Positions 29,836-43,971 of a stretch of DNA of 64,000 nucleotides are shown here, one piece after another. Source of the DNA: Planctomycetota bacterium (GTDB lineage: Bacteria > Planctomycetota > B143-G9); assembly GCA_034521065.1 (NCBI GenBank), contig JAXHMW010000020.1, forward strand, positions 196,986-260,985, written 5' to 3'. The notes under the pieces were generated by a model, which saw only the letters and a list, made by a program, of their open reading frames with translations, was not told the DNA's origin and did no database searches. Positions within the stretch are counted from its first letter, which is position 1, and the number at the start of each line of letters is the position of its first letter. A program made the position numbers and the translations under genes.

Positions 29836-32642
29836 TCAAGGCGCGACATCGTCAGGCGTTCCGGCCTGCTCCTCGAGGGGGTCGAGCATGTCTCGCAACT
29901 TGACGGCAAGCTCCAGGGTAAAGTCCCGGGCCTCTGTTCGCGGAAACCGGTCGGCGTATGACTCGAGGTCCTTGATGAAGAACACCACGTCCAGCGGCTG
30001 GGTGACGAGTCTCATAAAGACCTGCAAAAGACCACGGGCCTCTTCGTAGCGGCCCTGGGCAAGATAGTAGATGGCGAGGTTGCGAAAATCGCTCGACTCC
30101 GCATACTCGGCCATCCCCAGGGTGGTCACGGAGACGGCCTTTTCGACATCGCCCTCGAGAAAATGATACCAGCCCCTCGCCACGGAGTCGGCGCGGCTCA
30201 CCTCTCGCTCGAATGCGCCTGCGACAACGGCGCGGGATTCAGCCCTCTCGCCGAGGTGATGCAGTGTGCAGGCCAAGGTGAAGTCGTAATCCTCCGGCGC
30301 ACGCAAGAAAAGCTCCTGCAGCGGCTCGACCGAATGGTCGTATTGCCCGCGAGCTTGGTGGTATCTCGCGAGTTCAACGAGGAGGTTCTCGTTTTCAGGG
30401 TCGGTTTTCCTGAGAAGCTCGAGCGTGAAGGATGCCTTTTTGAACTGCAAGGTTCCCGTGAAGAACGAAGCCGTCATGACAAGTACAGCGGGGTCATCCG
30501 CGGCGTTCTTCAGTGCCTTGGAGTAGGAGAAGTTCGCGCCCTTCAGGTCGCCTGTTTCCATCTGCAACAACCCCAGAAGCGACCACGCCCGTTCGTCTGT
30601 GTCGTTTGCGGCGATAACCTTCTCAAGGTAACCGATGGCACGGATGAAGTTGTTGCGGTCACGGGTTTCGGCAAGTATCTCGGGCACAGAAGAACGCGGC
30701 CTCACTGTCGAAGCCTACCTTTGACAGGAATTGCTCCAGAATGCCGGCGGCAGGCGCCAGATGCCCTTCCTGGTGCAGCATCCACGCGTAGTTGTAAACG
30801 AACGTGATCTCGAGCGGCTTGCTGCGCGAAAGTTTGAAGAACTCCTGCTTCGCCTCCTCGGTGCGTCCGAGCCTGTACAGTATCAGCGCGTGGTCGTTTT
30901 CGAGCATCGTCTCATCGGGCACGTTCTTCATTGCACGGCGCACAGCCTGCAGTGCCCGTTTGTCCTGGCCCAGTTCCATCAGATAGCCGATGTACTCCCT
31001 GTGAGCCGCAATGTCCCGCGGTGCTTCCTTCAGCGCGGCGCGAAAGGCCTTCTCCGCCTCTTCCTGCCTGTCGAAGAAAGCGCAGAGTTTCGCCAGAACA
31101 GTGAGAAGAGCGGGCTGTTTGGTCTCCCAGGCGGCGCGAACGAAAGGCTTGAGACTCTTGTACTCCCTGGTTCCGACCGATTCGTTAATGACTTTGCAGA
31201 CCGACACGATCTCGTCTCGTTCGGCCTCTTCGACCTCTTCAGGAAGCTCTTCGAACAAGAACTCCTCGATGTGTGCCGAGACCTCGAAAGTCGCGCGGGC
31301 TTCGATAATCGAGGCGACCACCTTGAGCCAGAGGTTCGTGTCGAAGGGCTTTATGAGTACGGCGCGAATGAAGCATTTCACCGCCTCGACCACTTCGCCC
31401 TTTTCGAGATAGAAGCTGCCGAGCCCGTCGAACGCCCGGGCGGACCTGCCCTCGCCCCTGCGTACCGCCGAGCGCAGAAGCCTTTCGCCCGTCTCCTCCT
31501 CGTTCGCGCTGAGGTAAAGCATGCCCAGTTCGCTGGCCTCGTCCGGCGAAATAATGTCCTCTTCGCCAATCTCCCTCATTTCCTCGAGCGCTTCGTCGCG
31601 GCGGCCAAGCTCCAGCAGTGCACCGGCATAAGCGATACGGGCCTTTACGTACCACGGCTCGCTCTCGATGACCTTGTGGTAATGGTCTATCGCCTCTGCG
31701 CTTCTGCCCTTTACGAGCAAGAAATTGCCGTAGTTGAAGTTTGCGAACACGTCGTCCGGATTGGCGTCGAGAGCGCGGCGGTAGAAATTCTCGACCTGCT
31801 CGGAAGGAGCCTGCCTGTCCTGAAGGAGTATCGCGAGATTGTTCAGCGCGTGGAAGTGGTGGGGGTCGATCTCTATGGCGGTCAGGTACATTTTACGCGC
31901 GTGTTCCGTGTCGCCCTTGTCGGCGAACAGGTTGCCCAGCGCGTAGTGATAGTCCGCGGAGTGAGCGAAGTACTCGGCCTTGTCAAGTAGCAGGCGGATG
32001 GCCTCGTCGTAGTTCTCCAGATCGGTGAGAACTCCGCAGGCATCGAGCAGGATGTTAAGCGAGTTCGGCTGCAGCTTTTGGGCTTCGAGCAACTTGTCAC
32101 GTGCCATTTCGCGCTTGTCGGCACCCCAGTAAGCCCTCGCGAGAGAGTGCAGGCGAATCGGGCAGTCGGGAAACTCCACGCCGTCGAATTCCGCCCTCTG
32201 AATGGCTTGCTGAAGGTCGTTGGTCGAGATCGAGACACTCAATGATGGAGTAGTCGAGGTTGGGGTCATCGTCGGTAAGCTGGCGTACCAATTCGAGCTG
32301 TTCGAGCGCGGCTTCGTATTCGTCGTTGGACTGAAGCACCTGTGCGTGGGCCTTGAGCACTTCGACCTCCATCGGGTTGTGCTCGAGTGCCTGTTCGATG
32401 ACGGATCCGGCCTCATCTCCCCTGCCCCTTGCGAGCAGGAAGCGGATGTACAGCGTGGCGGCCTCGGGGTCGTCGGAGTGCCGTTCGAACGCGATGCGGA
32501 ACTGCCGCGCAGCCTCGTCATCCCTGCCGGAAGAGGAAAGGAGAATAGCGTACTCCAGACGGGTAGTGCGGTCGTCCGGGTTCTTTTCCAGCCTGCTTCG
32601 CAGGTCCTGTTCACGTTTTTTGCGCAGGTCGCCCGAATTCAT
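29836..32642 (-). CDS. large tetratricopeptide-repeat protein (about 935 aa; two frame changes)
   Basis: Three track ORFs (32097..32642, 30659..32614, 29836..30705) all read as TPR helices. They join near 32218-32222 and 30690-30705. Confidence 0.7.
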
Positions 32643-32767
32643 ATCGTAACCTGAGTAGATGCCAATGGTTGATGTGAGAGTCCAAAGATTATAATCACGT
32701 TGATGTTACCGGGGGAAAAAGCACCTGACTGATAACTAACCACCGGTGTTGAGACCACGGAGAAAGT

Positions 32768-34240
32768 ATGGCGACCGAGACAGAACAAAGGTCCGACAAA
32801 CTCGACCTGTTCGACACCCATACCCACCTGCTCGACCCGCGTATGCCGGGAGGGTTCTCCGGTGCGGTCGAACGTGCTCGAGCGGCCGGTGTAAACCAGA
32901 TGCTGATGGTGGAATCCTTTCCCGACAGATGGGAAAGGGCTATTGAGAGTGTGCGCTGCACGGACGGAGTTCTTCTCGCATGTGCGCTTCATCCACGTTT
33001 CTTGGACGAAAACTCGGAAAGCTGGTTGAGGGAACTCGAGGGCTTTGCGTCTCAACTCGACGCGCTCGGAGAGATAGGGCTGGACAAGGACGCACCGGAT
33101 ATGGCCCGCCAGCGGGAGTTCTTCCACGCGCAATACGAACTCGCGGTAAAACACAAACTGCCCGTCTCACTGCACTTTCGAGGACACCTCGACGAGCTTC
33201 CCGCACTTATCGACAAGTTCGGTTTCACCCCGCACATCCTGCACAGCTACAGCGGCAGCGCCGAGCAGTTGGACAAGCTTATCGAGACCGGAGCGCATGT
33301 TTCGGTATCAGGCGTGGTGACGTATCCCAACGCAAAAAAGATTCACAGTGTGTTGCAACGTGTGCCGAGAGACAGGCTGCTTCTGGAGACCGACTCGCCC
33401 GACATCACTCCTCACCCGCACAAGCGTGAACACAACGAGCCCGCTTTTCTGCCTCTTATCGCAAAGGCGGCCGCAAAGTCGCTTTCCACGAACCTTATTC
33501 AACTCTGCCACACCACGTCCGAAAACGCACGGCAATTTTTCGATGTCGTGCCGGTCGAGCTTGAGAGGCTCGTGCCATTGCTGTCTCCCGCGCAACTGAG
33601 AAAGCTGCGGGGAATGACCTTCGCGGTCGTCGGTCTCGGAGGGGTGGGCTCGTGGGCCGCGGAAGCCCTGTCGAGAAGCGGAGCGGGAAGAATAGTGCTG
33701 ATAGACGGAGACCGTGTCGCAGCGACCGACCTGAACCGGCAGCTTTTCGCGGAAATGTCTAACATTGGCGAATTGAAAGCGATTGCGGCACGAAAACGTC
33801 TCGCGAATGTCTCAAGTTCAGAGCTTATTGCTGTAGAACGTTTCGTGACAGGCGAGAACGTGGTGGAAGTACTCGATCCCCGTCCCGACATAGTCCTCGA
33901 TGCCATTGACAGGACCGGCGACAAGCTCGCGCTCATCGAGTTCTGTGTCAGGCAGGGCATTCCCCTTGTCAGTTGCATGGGCGCAGGAGGGAGGCTCGGG
34001 CCATCGGCTATCCGCACTGCCGATATCTCGCGAACAGAGGGGTGTTCACTTGCGCGCAAGGTGCGCAGGGCACTTCGTTCAAGGGGCATCGAGAGCGGCT
34101 TCAAGGCGGTATATTCCGCCGAGCCTCGCATAAGCCCCGATGAAGCGGGAAGGAGTTGCCAACCGAGCAGCGTTTTCGCAACCGCGCCGTTCGGTTTCGC
34201 GCTCGCAGCAACTGCCGTGGAAGAGCTCCTGCGCCGGTAG
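32768..34240 (+). CDS. fusion of TatD-family metal-dependent hydrolase and TcdA/CsdL-type (ThiF/E1-like) tRNA threonylcarbamoyladenosine dehydratase
   Basis: Intact 490-aa ORF. The N-terminal part has LFDTHTHL, GEIGLD and ETDSP. The C-terminal part has VVGLGGVGSWAAEALSRSGAGRIVLIDGDRVAATDLNRQ. Confidence 0.75.
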   Translation: MATETEQRSDKLDLFDTHTHLLDPRMPGGFSGAVERARAAGVNQMLMVESFPDRWERAIESVRCTDGVLLACALHPRFLDENSESWLRELEGFASQLDALGEIGLDKDAPDMARQREFFHAQYELAVKHKLPVSLHFRGHLDELPALIDKFGFTPHILHSYSGSAEQLDKLIETGAHVSVSGVVTYPNAKKIHSVLQRVPRDRLLLETDSPDITPHPHKREHNEPAFLPLIAKAAAKSLSTNLIQLCHTTSENARQFFDVVPVELERLVPLLSPAQLRKLRGMTFAVVGLGGVGSWAAEALSRSGAGRIVLIDGDRVAATDLNRQLFAEMSNIGELKAIAARKRLANVSSSELIAVERFVTGENVVEVLDPRPDIVLDAIDRTGDKLALIEFCVRQGIPLVSCMGAGGRLGPSAIRTADISRTEGCSLARKVRRALRSRGIESGFKAVYSAEPRISPDEAGRSCQPSSVFATAPFGFALAATAVEELLRR

Positions 34241-34313
34241 AGGGTTTTTCGCGCAAATGTAAGCGCATGGGGTTGCGCACGTAGTTCTGTACAGACAAGA
34301 AGGGAGCGATTGT

Positions 34314-36117
34314 ATGTTTGCCAAACGAGCCTTTGCACTGATACTTACCGCAGTTCTCGCCATAGCCATCTGCACCATGACCCAGGCCGAAGAGGAAGAA
34401 GTGAACTACTTCCTTCCGTCGTTCGACCCGGGCTTGAACTACGTATCCGACGTCCGTTCGGAAGGTGCGATGAACGTGGACGCCAACGTCCGCTGGTTCA
34501 ACCCGGACAACTTCGACTGGGATTTCACCATGCGTGCAAAGTACCGCCACCAGACGCTTTACAGCGGCACCGAAGGCGGCCCGGCAGGTGCCGTACAGTA
34601 CTACGAGGCGGTTGACTACGGCGCGAACAGGGCCATGAAGCCGGTGGAACAGACTCCTGACCTCAACGAACGCAAGTTCTTCATCAAGATGGGCGAACCG
34701 TCTTATGTTGCGCCTTCCCCGCCGAACAAAATTGGCCAGGGCATAATGACATGCGACTACGGCGACCCTTTCGCAAAGGTGCTGCCGAAGGAACCTCTCA
34801 AGCGAGGGCTGATGTGGGAAGTTTCGGACGAGGAGATGGTGAGCATCTTCGCACGAATAGGCGCCCTCACTCCCTCGGCCGGTGGTGCAGGCGGCTGGGG
34901 TGGCGGAGCAGACGCGGGCGTACCAGAGCCCCTTGCTGAGGCCGAAGGTACTGGCAGAAGCGGAAGAGCTTTGATGCCCGGAATGGAGACCTGTACCGGC
35001 CGTATAACGTCTTTCTCGCCCACCAAGTTCAGCGGTCAGATTGACTTCGAAGGTGCTTACAGCCCGCCCAAGGCAATGCGGGTGGAGCTCCTCCATTCCC
35101 ATGACAGGCACGGTGGAGTTCGCCTACGACCTTGAAAAACGCACTCTTCTGAACGGTGAGTTCCTGATGGAAGGCGAGGTCGAGAAGACCCTTGATCTCG
35201 GACGCGCCACCTTTCCCATCGAGATTCAGTACCGAATATTCCTCGAGGTGCGACGCGAGCTGGGAGAAAAGAGCAAGTTCGTCGAAGGTATCGAGGGCGA
35301 AACCGAGGTGTTCGCCTCGATGGCCGAACGCACTCCCCTGCCGGCCTGCTCGATGGCCGAAAAGGACGCGTACCTACTCGCAAACTGGGACGGCGGCGAA
35401 TCCTACGAGGTGATGAACAGGTTCGAAACCGTCAAGAAGTTCGACGAGCCTCCCACGGCAGCGGCGATATCCGGGGATGCGAAGTACATCGTCATAGCAA
35501 ACGATAAACGCGCGCTGTTCTCCTCCAACTACGGAGAGGACTTCGGGTTCCTGAAGCTTCGCAGGGCGGACATAGCGCACATAGAGTTTCTGAAGTCCGA
35601 GAAGCCGACGGCGCTGATCATGGACTCCAAGGGCAAGTTCTACACCCTCGATTTCACCGCCCGCTCTCCCCGTGAGAAACCACTGCCCATTCCGGCGGCC
35701 GGAAAGGACGTGCTTTGGCCAAACCTGTCCGGGCCCCGACAGCGGCAGCTACTTCACCGCTTCGAACGATGCAATTTACTACACAGCCGGCGGCAAACCG
35801 GTAAAGGTACCGGTAACGCTGTGCAGGCGGCGACTTCCAGCAGTGCCCCCGCCCCTGACGGTGCATTCGCCGTGGCGGACGGGCTTTACAAGCTCACTCC
35901 CTCGGGCGACAAGGTTCAGCTTCAAGAGGTGCCGGACAACGTGAAGCAAATCCTCGCCACGGAAAAGAAAATGATGCTCCTGACGAAGGAAGGTAAGCTG
36001 TTCACCTCTCCGGTTGAAGGCGGCGAACTGGCGGAAGAGGCATCGGGAATCCGGTCCATGGCTCTGAAGTTCGGCAAGTTCTTTGCAGCCACAGACACCG
36101 GCGTGACCATCAAGTAG
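34314..36117 (+). CDS. secreted hypothetical protein (about 600 aa; about three frame changes)
   Basis: The signal peptide MFAKRAFALILTAVLAIAICTMTQA is followed by EEEE. Track ORFs 34314..35135 and 35041..36117 join near 35090-35100. An internal stretch at 35712-35822 reads better in the frame of track ORF 35672..35944 (GPDSGSYFTASNDAIYYTAGGKPVKVPV). Confidence 0.5.
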
Positions 36118-36142
36118 CCCTGGCCTACAGGCAAAATAAAAT

Positions 36143-36168
36143 GCCCGTCGTACGACGGCTACTTTTTT
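36143..36168. terminator. probable bidirectional terminator
   Basis: Palindrome CCGTCGTACGACGG flanked by an A-run and TTTTTT, between convergent genes. Confidence 0.5.
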
Positions 36169-36183
36169 AATTCGCAGCAGGTG

Positions 36184-37430
36184 TCAGGAACAGATCTTTT
36201 TCGCCGCGCTGTTCGCGCGGGCGACGATCTCGTCAGCCCCTTCGAAAACGCGGTCGCGCACGACGAAATCACCGTCAACGATAAGGTCGGTCACCGCCGC
36301 CCCGCAGGCCGAGTAAACCACGTTGGAGACGGCATCGTGCATGGGAACCATTGTGGATGGCTTATGTCGAGAAGCATGAGGTCTGGCGGAGCTTCCCGGC
36401 CTTGAACGTTCCCCTTCCTGTCGCGGGCTGCGCGGTACTTCTTCGTGCGACCAATTTCCAGATCTTCACGGGCGGATGCGCTGGTTGGGTCGCCGGTTCG
36501 GGACTTCGCGAGCATCGCGGCGAACTTCATCTCCTCGAACATGTCGAGATTGTTGTTAGAAGAGCAGCCGTCGGTTCCCACAGTCACACTTACTCCGGCA
36601 TCCCTGAGCCGCACCAGCGAGAACTCCTCTCCAACCGCCAGCTTCATGTTCGAGACAGGTATATGAGCGACTGTAACACCCCTGTCCGCGAGTATGCCAA
36701 CGTCCTCATCCGTCAGCCATACGCAGTGCGCACCAATTACGTCAGGCCCCAGAAAACCAATGCGGTCGAGGTACTGCACGGGGGTAAGCCCGAATTCGCC
36801 GCGGCAGTCCTGCACTTCCTTTTCTGTTTCGGCGATGTGAATGTGAAGCTTCAGCCCGTTATCGCGAGCAAACCGCGCACACCACACAAGGCTCTCTTCG
36901 CTGACGGTGTATATCGCGTGAGGCCCGACAGCAAGGGAAACCCTCCGGTTGACTCCTTTCCACTCGTCAACGAATTCTTCCACCTCGCCGCGCTGGGCGG
37001 CGGCCTTTTCCGAATCGAACATGTCTATCACCACGCCGGTAGACGCGGCGCGCAGCCCGCTTTCCACGGCGGCCTTTACAGCGGCGGCGGGATGCCAGTA
37101 CATATCGCAAAAATACGACGTACCGCTCAGGGCCATCTCCATGCAGCCCAGCATGGCTCCTGCGAAAACGTCCTGCTGAGTCAAGTTGGCCTCCGCGGGC
37201 CATATCTTTTTCTCCAGCCACTGTTGAAGAGGCATGTCGTCGCCGTAGCCGCGCAGGAGCGTCATCGCCGTGTGAGTATGAGCGTTGTGAAGCGGCGGCA
37301 GGACGAGCTTTCCACGACAGTCCACCACCTCCGCATCGTCCGCGGCGGAGACGAACCTGCCGTCTCTGAACACGAGCGAGCCCTGCGAGCCGTCCGCGAA
37401 GGTCAGGTTTCGAAGCTCAAATGCCTTCAT
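36184..37430 (-). CDS. mtaD: 5-methylthioadenosine/S-adenosylhomocysteine deaminase-type amidohydrolase (one frame change)
   Basis: Metal motif LHNAHTH, plus HIHIAET and the overall MtaD/SsnA pattern. The C-terminus is recovered by a shift near 36345-36355 (..DISHPQ / MVPMHDAVSNVVYSACGAAVTDLIVDG..). The start overlaps the end of mtnP. Confidence 0.8.
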
Positions 37431-38136
37431 CCAGTGCTCCGTTGATAATTTGTTCGATGATGTTCTCGACCACGGCGCGGTTGCGGGCTGCATTGTCCCG
37501 AACCCTCTGCTCCGTCAGAATCTGCTCGGAGATTCCGTTGGCAAAGTTGTCCACCATGCAGAATGAGGCGATGGGAATGTCCAGTTCGCTTGCCAAAAAG
37601 ACCTCCTGCGCGAGCGTCATTCCGACGACATCGCCGACCTCGTCTTTCAGAAAGCGTATCTCCGCCGGGGTCTCTGCGGTCGGGCCCAACGTTTGGCAGT
37701 ACACGGCTCCGGCGAAACAGCTTAGTTCGCATGAGCGAACTACGAGTGAGAGTTTTGCGGAAAGCTCACCGTCAATGGATGGCACGCTGAAGGTGACTTT
37801 CTCCCCGTCGAAGAAGGAATCGCGCCGCCAGGGACAGAATACGTCCTCGACCAGGACGAGCTCGCCCGGGACAAGGTCATCCTTCATCGAGCCGACGGAG
37901 TTTACGGATATGATGCGTTGCGCGCCCGCATCCGCGAGTGCCCGAATATTGGCACGATAGTTGATTTCGTGAGGCGGAACGAAGCCGCTCTGCCCGTGGC
38001 GTGGCAGAAAGATACAGTCGCCGTTTACGAAGTACGCGGCAGTTCCGAAGTCGGTCTCGACCTTGCAATACTCGAGATTTTTTAAAAGCTTCGAGCCTGT
38101 CAGGCCGGAGCCGCAGATGATGGCGGTTTTCAACAT
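37417..38136 (-). CDS. mtnP: S-methyl-5-thioadenosine phosphorylase / purine nucleoside phosphorylase family
   Basis: Motifs IICGSGL, FLPRHG and GMTLAQE. I preferred start ATG 38136 (AAGGA SD) over 38154. Confidence 0.8.
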   Translation of the reverse strand: MLKTAIICGSGLTGSKLLKNLEYCKVETDFGTAAYFVNGDCIFLPRHGQSGFVPPHEINYRANIRALADAGAQRIISVNSVGSMKDDLVPGELVLVEDVFCPWRRDSFFDGEKVTFSVPSIDGELSAKLSLVVRSCELSCFAGAVYCQTLGPTAETPAEIRFLKDEVGDVVGMTLAQEVFLASELDIPIASFCMVDNFANGISEQILTEQRVRDNAARNRAVVENIIEQIINGALDEGI

Positions 38137-38282
38137 GGTGTCCGTCCTTGTCATTTTGGGAAAGTGTACACCGTTGCGGAGTTCCTTTCAACCTGTAAGC
38201 ACGGGTGCGGGGAACATAAAACCTCGCGCCGGTGGCGCAAAACGGCTGGCGCTGTTTGAATCAACACCCCGCGGGAGAACAG

Positions 38283-38798
38283 GTGAACAACGTTGAACTC
38301 AAGGCCCGGACGACCGATCTGAACAAGGCTCGCGAGGTATGCGAGGAGCTGTCGGCGGAGTTCATGTGGCGGCGCAACCAACGCGATATCTACTTCGCAA
38401 CAACGCCTGACAGGCGGCTCAAGCTGCGAATCGAGGATAACGAGTCTCCCTATCTCGTGCGTTACAGCCGACCTGACAAGACCGGCGGCAGGGATTGCAC
38501 GTACTCTATTCTCACAATACACAGAACCTGCCACGCCGAGTCCGTGGAATTCTTCACCGGAGCACTGGAGGTGAAGGGAGAAGTCGAAAAGACCCGGGAG
38601 CTGTTCGTGTGGGAGAACGTTCGAATCCACCTCGACCGGGTGAAAGGGCTGGGCGAGTTCATCGAGTTCGAGCATCCCGTCGGCGAGCACGGCAAAGAAC
38701 AGGCCGATATGCGTATTCAGATGTTATGCGAGAGGTTCTCTATCAATACGCCGGATACCGTCCCGGGCTCGTACGTTGACCTGCTTGAGCTTGAATAG
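38283..38798 (+). CDS. CYTH-domain protein (class IV adenylate cyclase CyaB-like)
   Basis: GTG 38283 with a GGGAG SD. N-terminal NVELKAR (ExK motif), with size and beta-rich pattern typical of CYTH. Confidence 0.7.
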   Translation: MNNVELKARTTDLNKAREVCEELSAEFMWRRNQRDIYFATTPDRRLKLRIEDNESPYLVRYSRPDKTGGRDCTYSILTIHRTCHAESVEFFTGALEVKGEVEKTRELFVWENVRIHLDRVKGLGEFIEFEHPVGEHGKEQADMRIQMLCERFSINTPDTVPGSYVDLLELE

Positions 38799-38958
38799 CA
38801 GCCAAGAAGGGCTTTTGCGGTTTTCCAGTACTGTATGATTAACAAGAAAGCCTTGGAGCAACAGCTTTGAGACATTGATTCTCTACTGCGTCTCATAGAG
38901 TGCAGGCAGAATACACAGCCAGGCAAGAGGAACAGATAAACGCGGAGGAACACAGTAA

Positions 38959-40436
38959 ATGAAACAGATCAAACCATATCTAATCTTCCTTGCCGTCCTG
39001 GTGGGCATCCTTGCGGGAATAGCACTGACGGCGGAATTTGACTTAACACCACAACTCTCAGCAGAGAACAACAACGCCGAGCTTCGAGAAATGCGGGACT
39101 CGGCTACCATAGAACAGAAGGACCGCGACATAGCACGTTCGGTATCCGACACCCTCGCCTGGGCTTCGGCAGGCGTGCCCGATCCCGCAGCGGGTCGTTT
39201 CGCTCACGGTTGAACGCAAGCAGCGCGGCGGCATGATACTCGACCTTTTCCGCGGCTTTCGCGTTCCGGAACAGACCATTCGCGGAACAGGTTCGGGCTT
39301 CTTCGTCTCTGCCAAGGGATTTATCATCACCAACTATCACGTCGTCGCGGGAGCCGAGAAGATTACGGTCAACCTCGCTGACGACCGCGTTCTTGAGGCG
39401 GAAGTCAGGGGCGAAGCACCCAATCTCGACCTCGCGGTGGTCAAGGTCGAAGGCGAAGGCTATCCCTTCCTCGAGTTCGGTGACTCGGACGAGATGAGAA
39501 TCGGCGAGACCGTTCTCGCCATAGGTTCTCCATTCGGCTATCGCCACACGGTGACAGCGGGCATAGTCAGCGCACAGGCTTACGTTGACATGAAGAACAC
39601 GCAGCTCGAGGACTTCATTCAGACCGACGCGGCCGTGAACCCTGGCAACTCGGGCGGCCCGCTTCTGAACCTCGAAGGGAAGGTAGTCGGTGTCAACACC
39701 GCCATTTCCTCCAAGAGCGGCGGCTACGACGGTATCTCGTTCGCGATACCCTCTAACTTCGTCTCCTTCGCCTACTCGTCTCTTCGCAAAGAAGGGAAGA
39801 TCGAAGGCGGCTTCGTAGGAGTCGGCATTGATGACGTCTGACCCGCAAACGGCAAGAGAGAACGACCTCAAAGCTGTTTACGGCTGCCTGATCACAGATG
39901 TTCTCAAGGATGGCCCTGCCGACAGGGCGGGAGTGAAGGCAGGCGACATAGTGCTGGAAGTGAACGGCAAAAAGGTGCGCGACCACATCGCGTTTTACAA
40001 CCTGATATATTTCCACCGTCCGGGAGAAATGATCACTCTCAAGATTCTTCGTGATGGCAAGGAAATTGAACTCACGGTCTCTGTAAGTACCCGCGCGGCG
40101 CAGGCAGAAAAGGGCTGGGAGATGGGCGGCCCGGAGGCAGTTGACAATGCGTATGGTGCTGAACTGCGCGAAGAAAACCGCAACGGCAGGTCGTATGTCG
40201 TAATCGAGTCCGTGGAGGAAGGCTCGGTAGCATCAAGGCTTTCGCTTCGGGAAGGCGACGTGGTGATACAAATAAACGGACAGGAAATCAACTCCACCCA
40301 AGCTTTCAAGAAGGCCATGGATGAAGCCGTCAAGGCCGACCGGTTCAAGATTCGCATTCTGAGAAATGGCATGACCTTCATGCTGGAGGTAGAAGGTCTG
40401 AACGTTGAAGAGAACGGTGAACCAGACATGTTCTGA
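38959..40436 (+). CDS. htrA: HtrA/DegP-family serine protease with two PDZ domains (two frame changes)
   Basis: N-terminal TM/signal. Catalytic triad TNYHVV, DLAVVKV and GNSGGPL. Track ORFs 38959..39213, 39233..39841 and 39828..40436 join near 39190-39195 (G-run) and 39837-39840. Confidence 0.85.
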
Positions 40437-40465
40437 GCACCCCTGCTCCGCCTAATAACCTCACG

Positions 40466-40492
40466 AGCCCCCGTTTTTGCGGGGGCTTGTTC
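40466..40492 (+). terminator. probable rho-independent terminator
   Basis: Stem AGCCCCCG / CGGGGGCT with a 6-nt loop. The T-tract (TTGTT) is weak. Confidence 0.5.
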
Positions 40493-40561
40493 AGTTGGCG
40501 AACACATGGTTGAAACGACAAATGGTATGATTAAGCGTTCAGACGACAATCAGGAGAGCCA

Positions 40562-41918
40562 ATGAGAACCATTTTTCTCGTACTCATCGCGGCCGTCTTG
40601 GGAGCTCGGTGGCGGTTATCTTTCTCATCTTCTCATATCGCGCCAGGCACCGGATACCGCATCGCGTCTCGAAAGCGCCGTTCAGAAAGTTCTGAAGTCC
40701 ACAGTCACCTTCACATTGAAGGCCAACGAGAACCCCTTTCGCCTGCTCGAGGATATCACGAACATCACTGCTGAAAAGAAGATATACAGCGCGGCGGGAG
40801 TCGCGGTGGCCGAAGGCGGAGTTATTGCGACCAACGCGCATGTAGTGAGCGATTTCAAGGACTTCTATGTCACCACCTACGACGGTCGGACCTACGCGGG
40901 CAAACCGATAAGGGTTCTGCATGCGCTGGATATCGCGTTCGTCCGCATCGAGGAGGACCTGCCCCCGGTTCCATTGTGTCAATACGACAAGGTCAGCAGG
41001 GGCAGAACAGTGTTTTCGGTCGGAACGCCGTTCCGTCTTCCCTTTTCTGTATCCACGGGAGTCATCAGTGCTACTCACAGAGGCCGGGTAGGCTTTTCCG
41101 ATATCGAGGACTACATTCAGACGGATGCCGCTATAAACCCGGGTTCTTCGGGGGGTCCGCTCTGTGACCTGGACGGTAATCTTGTCGGTTTGAACTCTTC
41201 GATATACAGTCTCGACTCTCGTGGCTCCAATGGCATAGGCTTTGCTGTTCCATCGTACCTCATCGAAGCAGTTCTCGACAATTCGCTCGAAGGGCGGCCC
41301 GTAGGAGACGCTACATTGGGAGTACGGCCTTCGGTATTGGACTTCGATGACATGATTCGCACCGGTTACGATTCCACGAGAGGCGCCCTTATAGAGGGAG
41401 TTCTTGACGGCTCCCCCGCACAGGCAAGTGGTATTCGGCCGGACGACGTGATCTTTGCAGTGGATGGAATGACCACCTCGACACCGTTTGTCCTGCGTGC
41501 GCTGATATTCGTGCGTGACCCGGGAGAGACCGTAAGGCTCGGAGTTTTCAGGGACGGCGCGAAGCTGGAGATTCCGGTCGTGCTGGGACGGATTGACCCG
41601 ACCGACCCGCCCCGCATGTACATACTCGAGCTGGAGGCTTCGGTGGAGAAACCCGACGCGGCGACGATTGCGAGATACAATCTCGGAAATCTGCCGTGTG
41701 CGGCGCAGGTGGATTATTTTCAGTACAAGGGTCTGGCGCACCAGGTCGGGCTCGATTCACGAGACGTGATTATCGCGGTGAACGACAAGGAATTCTCGAC
41801 CCTCACGGAATTGAGAGAGCTTGTCAGCACTGCGATATCGAGAGGATACATCAAGATAAGGTTCATAGATTCGGACTCCGGCACGGAGACCGAGCACGGC
41901 CTGAAGACCAAGAGGTAA
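40562..41918 (+). CDS. second HtrA-family serine protease with PDZ domains (one frame change)
   Basis: The signal MRTIFLVLIAAVLG is in one frame. A shift near 40603-40610 leads into track ORF 40716..41918. Catalytic triad TNAHVV, DIAFVRI and GSSGGPL. Confidence 0.8.
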
Positions 41919-41933
41919 ACCTAAGGAGGAAAG

Positions 41934-42224
41934 ATGAATCTGATACCTTTGGGCAACAAGGTAATAGTAAAACGTCTGGAGGCGGAAGAGAAGACCAAGG
42001 GAGGCATCATCCTTCCCGATACCGCCAAAGAGAAGCCGAAAGAGGGCGAGGTCATTGCAGTGGGCAAGGGCCGCGTGAGCGAAGATGGCACCTGTATCGA
42101 GCCGCAGGTGAAGGTGGGCGAGAGAGTTATCTTCTCGTCCTATGCTGGCACCGAGGTAAAGCTCGAGGGCGAAGAGTACCTGATCATGAGCGAGTCCGAC
42201 ATTCACGCCATCGTCGAAGGCTGA
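41934..42224 (+). CDS. groES: co-chaperonin GroES
   Basis: Full-length GroES pattern ([24 protein letters not shown]). AAGGAGG SD. The start lies 15 nt after the htrA stop. Confidence 0.95.
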   Translation: MNLIPLGNKVIVKRLEAEEKTKGGIILPDTAKEKPKEGEVIAVGKGRVSEDGTCIEPQVKVGERVIFSSYAGTEVKLEGEEYLIMSESDIHAIVEG

Positions 42225-42268
42225 AGAGTCAACAGCAAATCCGCAACAGCAGTTCTGGAGGACACTAA

Positions 42269-43949
<1,681 letters not shown>

Positions 43950-43971
43950 AAGCCCCGAACTACGCTTCCCA

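Noticed and set aside
41919-41933. A CIRCE/HrcA operator or sigma-32 promoter directly upstream of groES or dnaJ.
   Set aside because: There is no match to TTAGCACTC-N9-GAGTGCTAA. The CTTGAAA at 25487 belongs to the dtxR promoter, which has a sigma-70-type -10 element.
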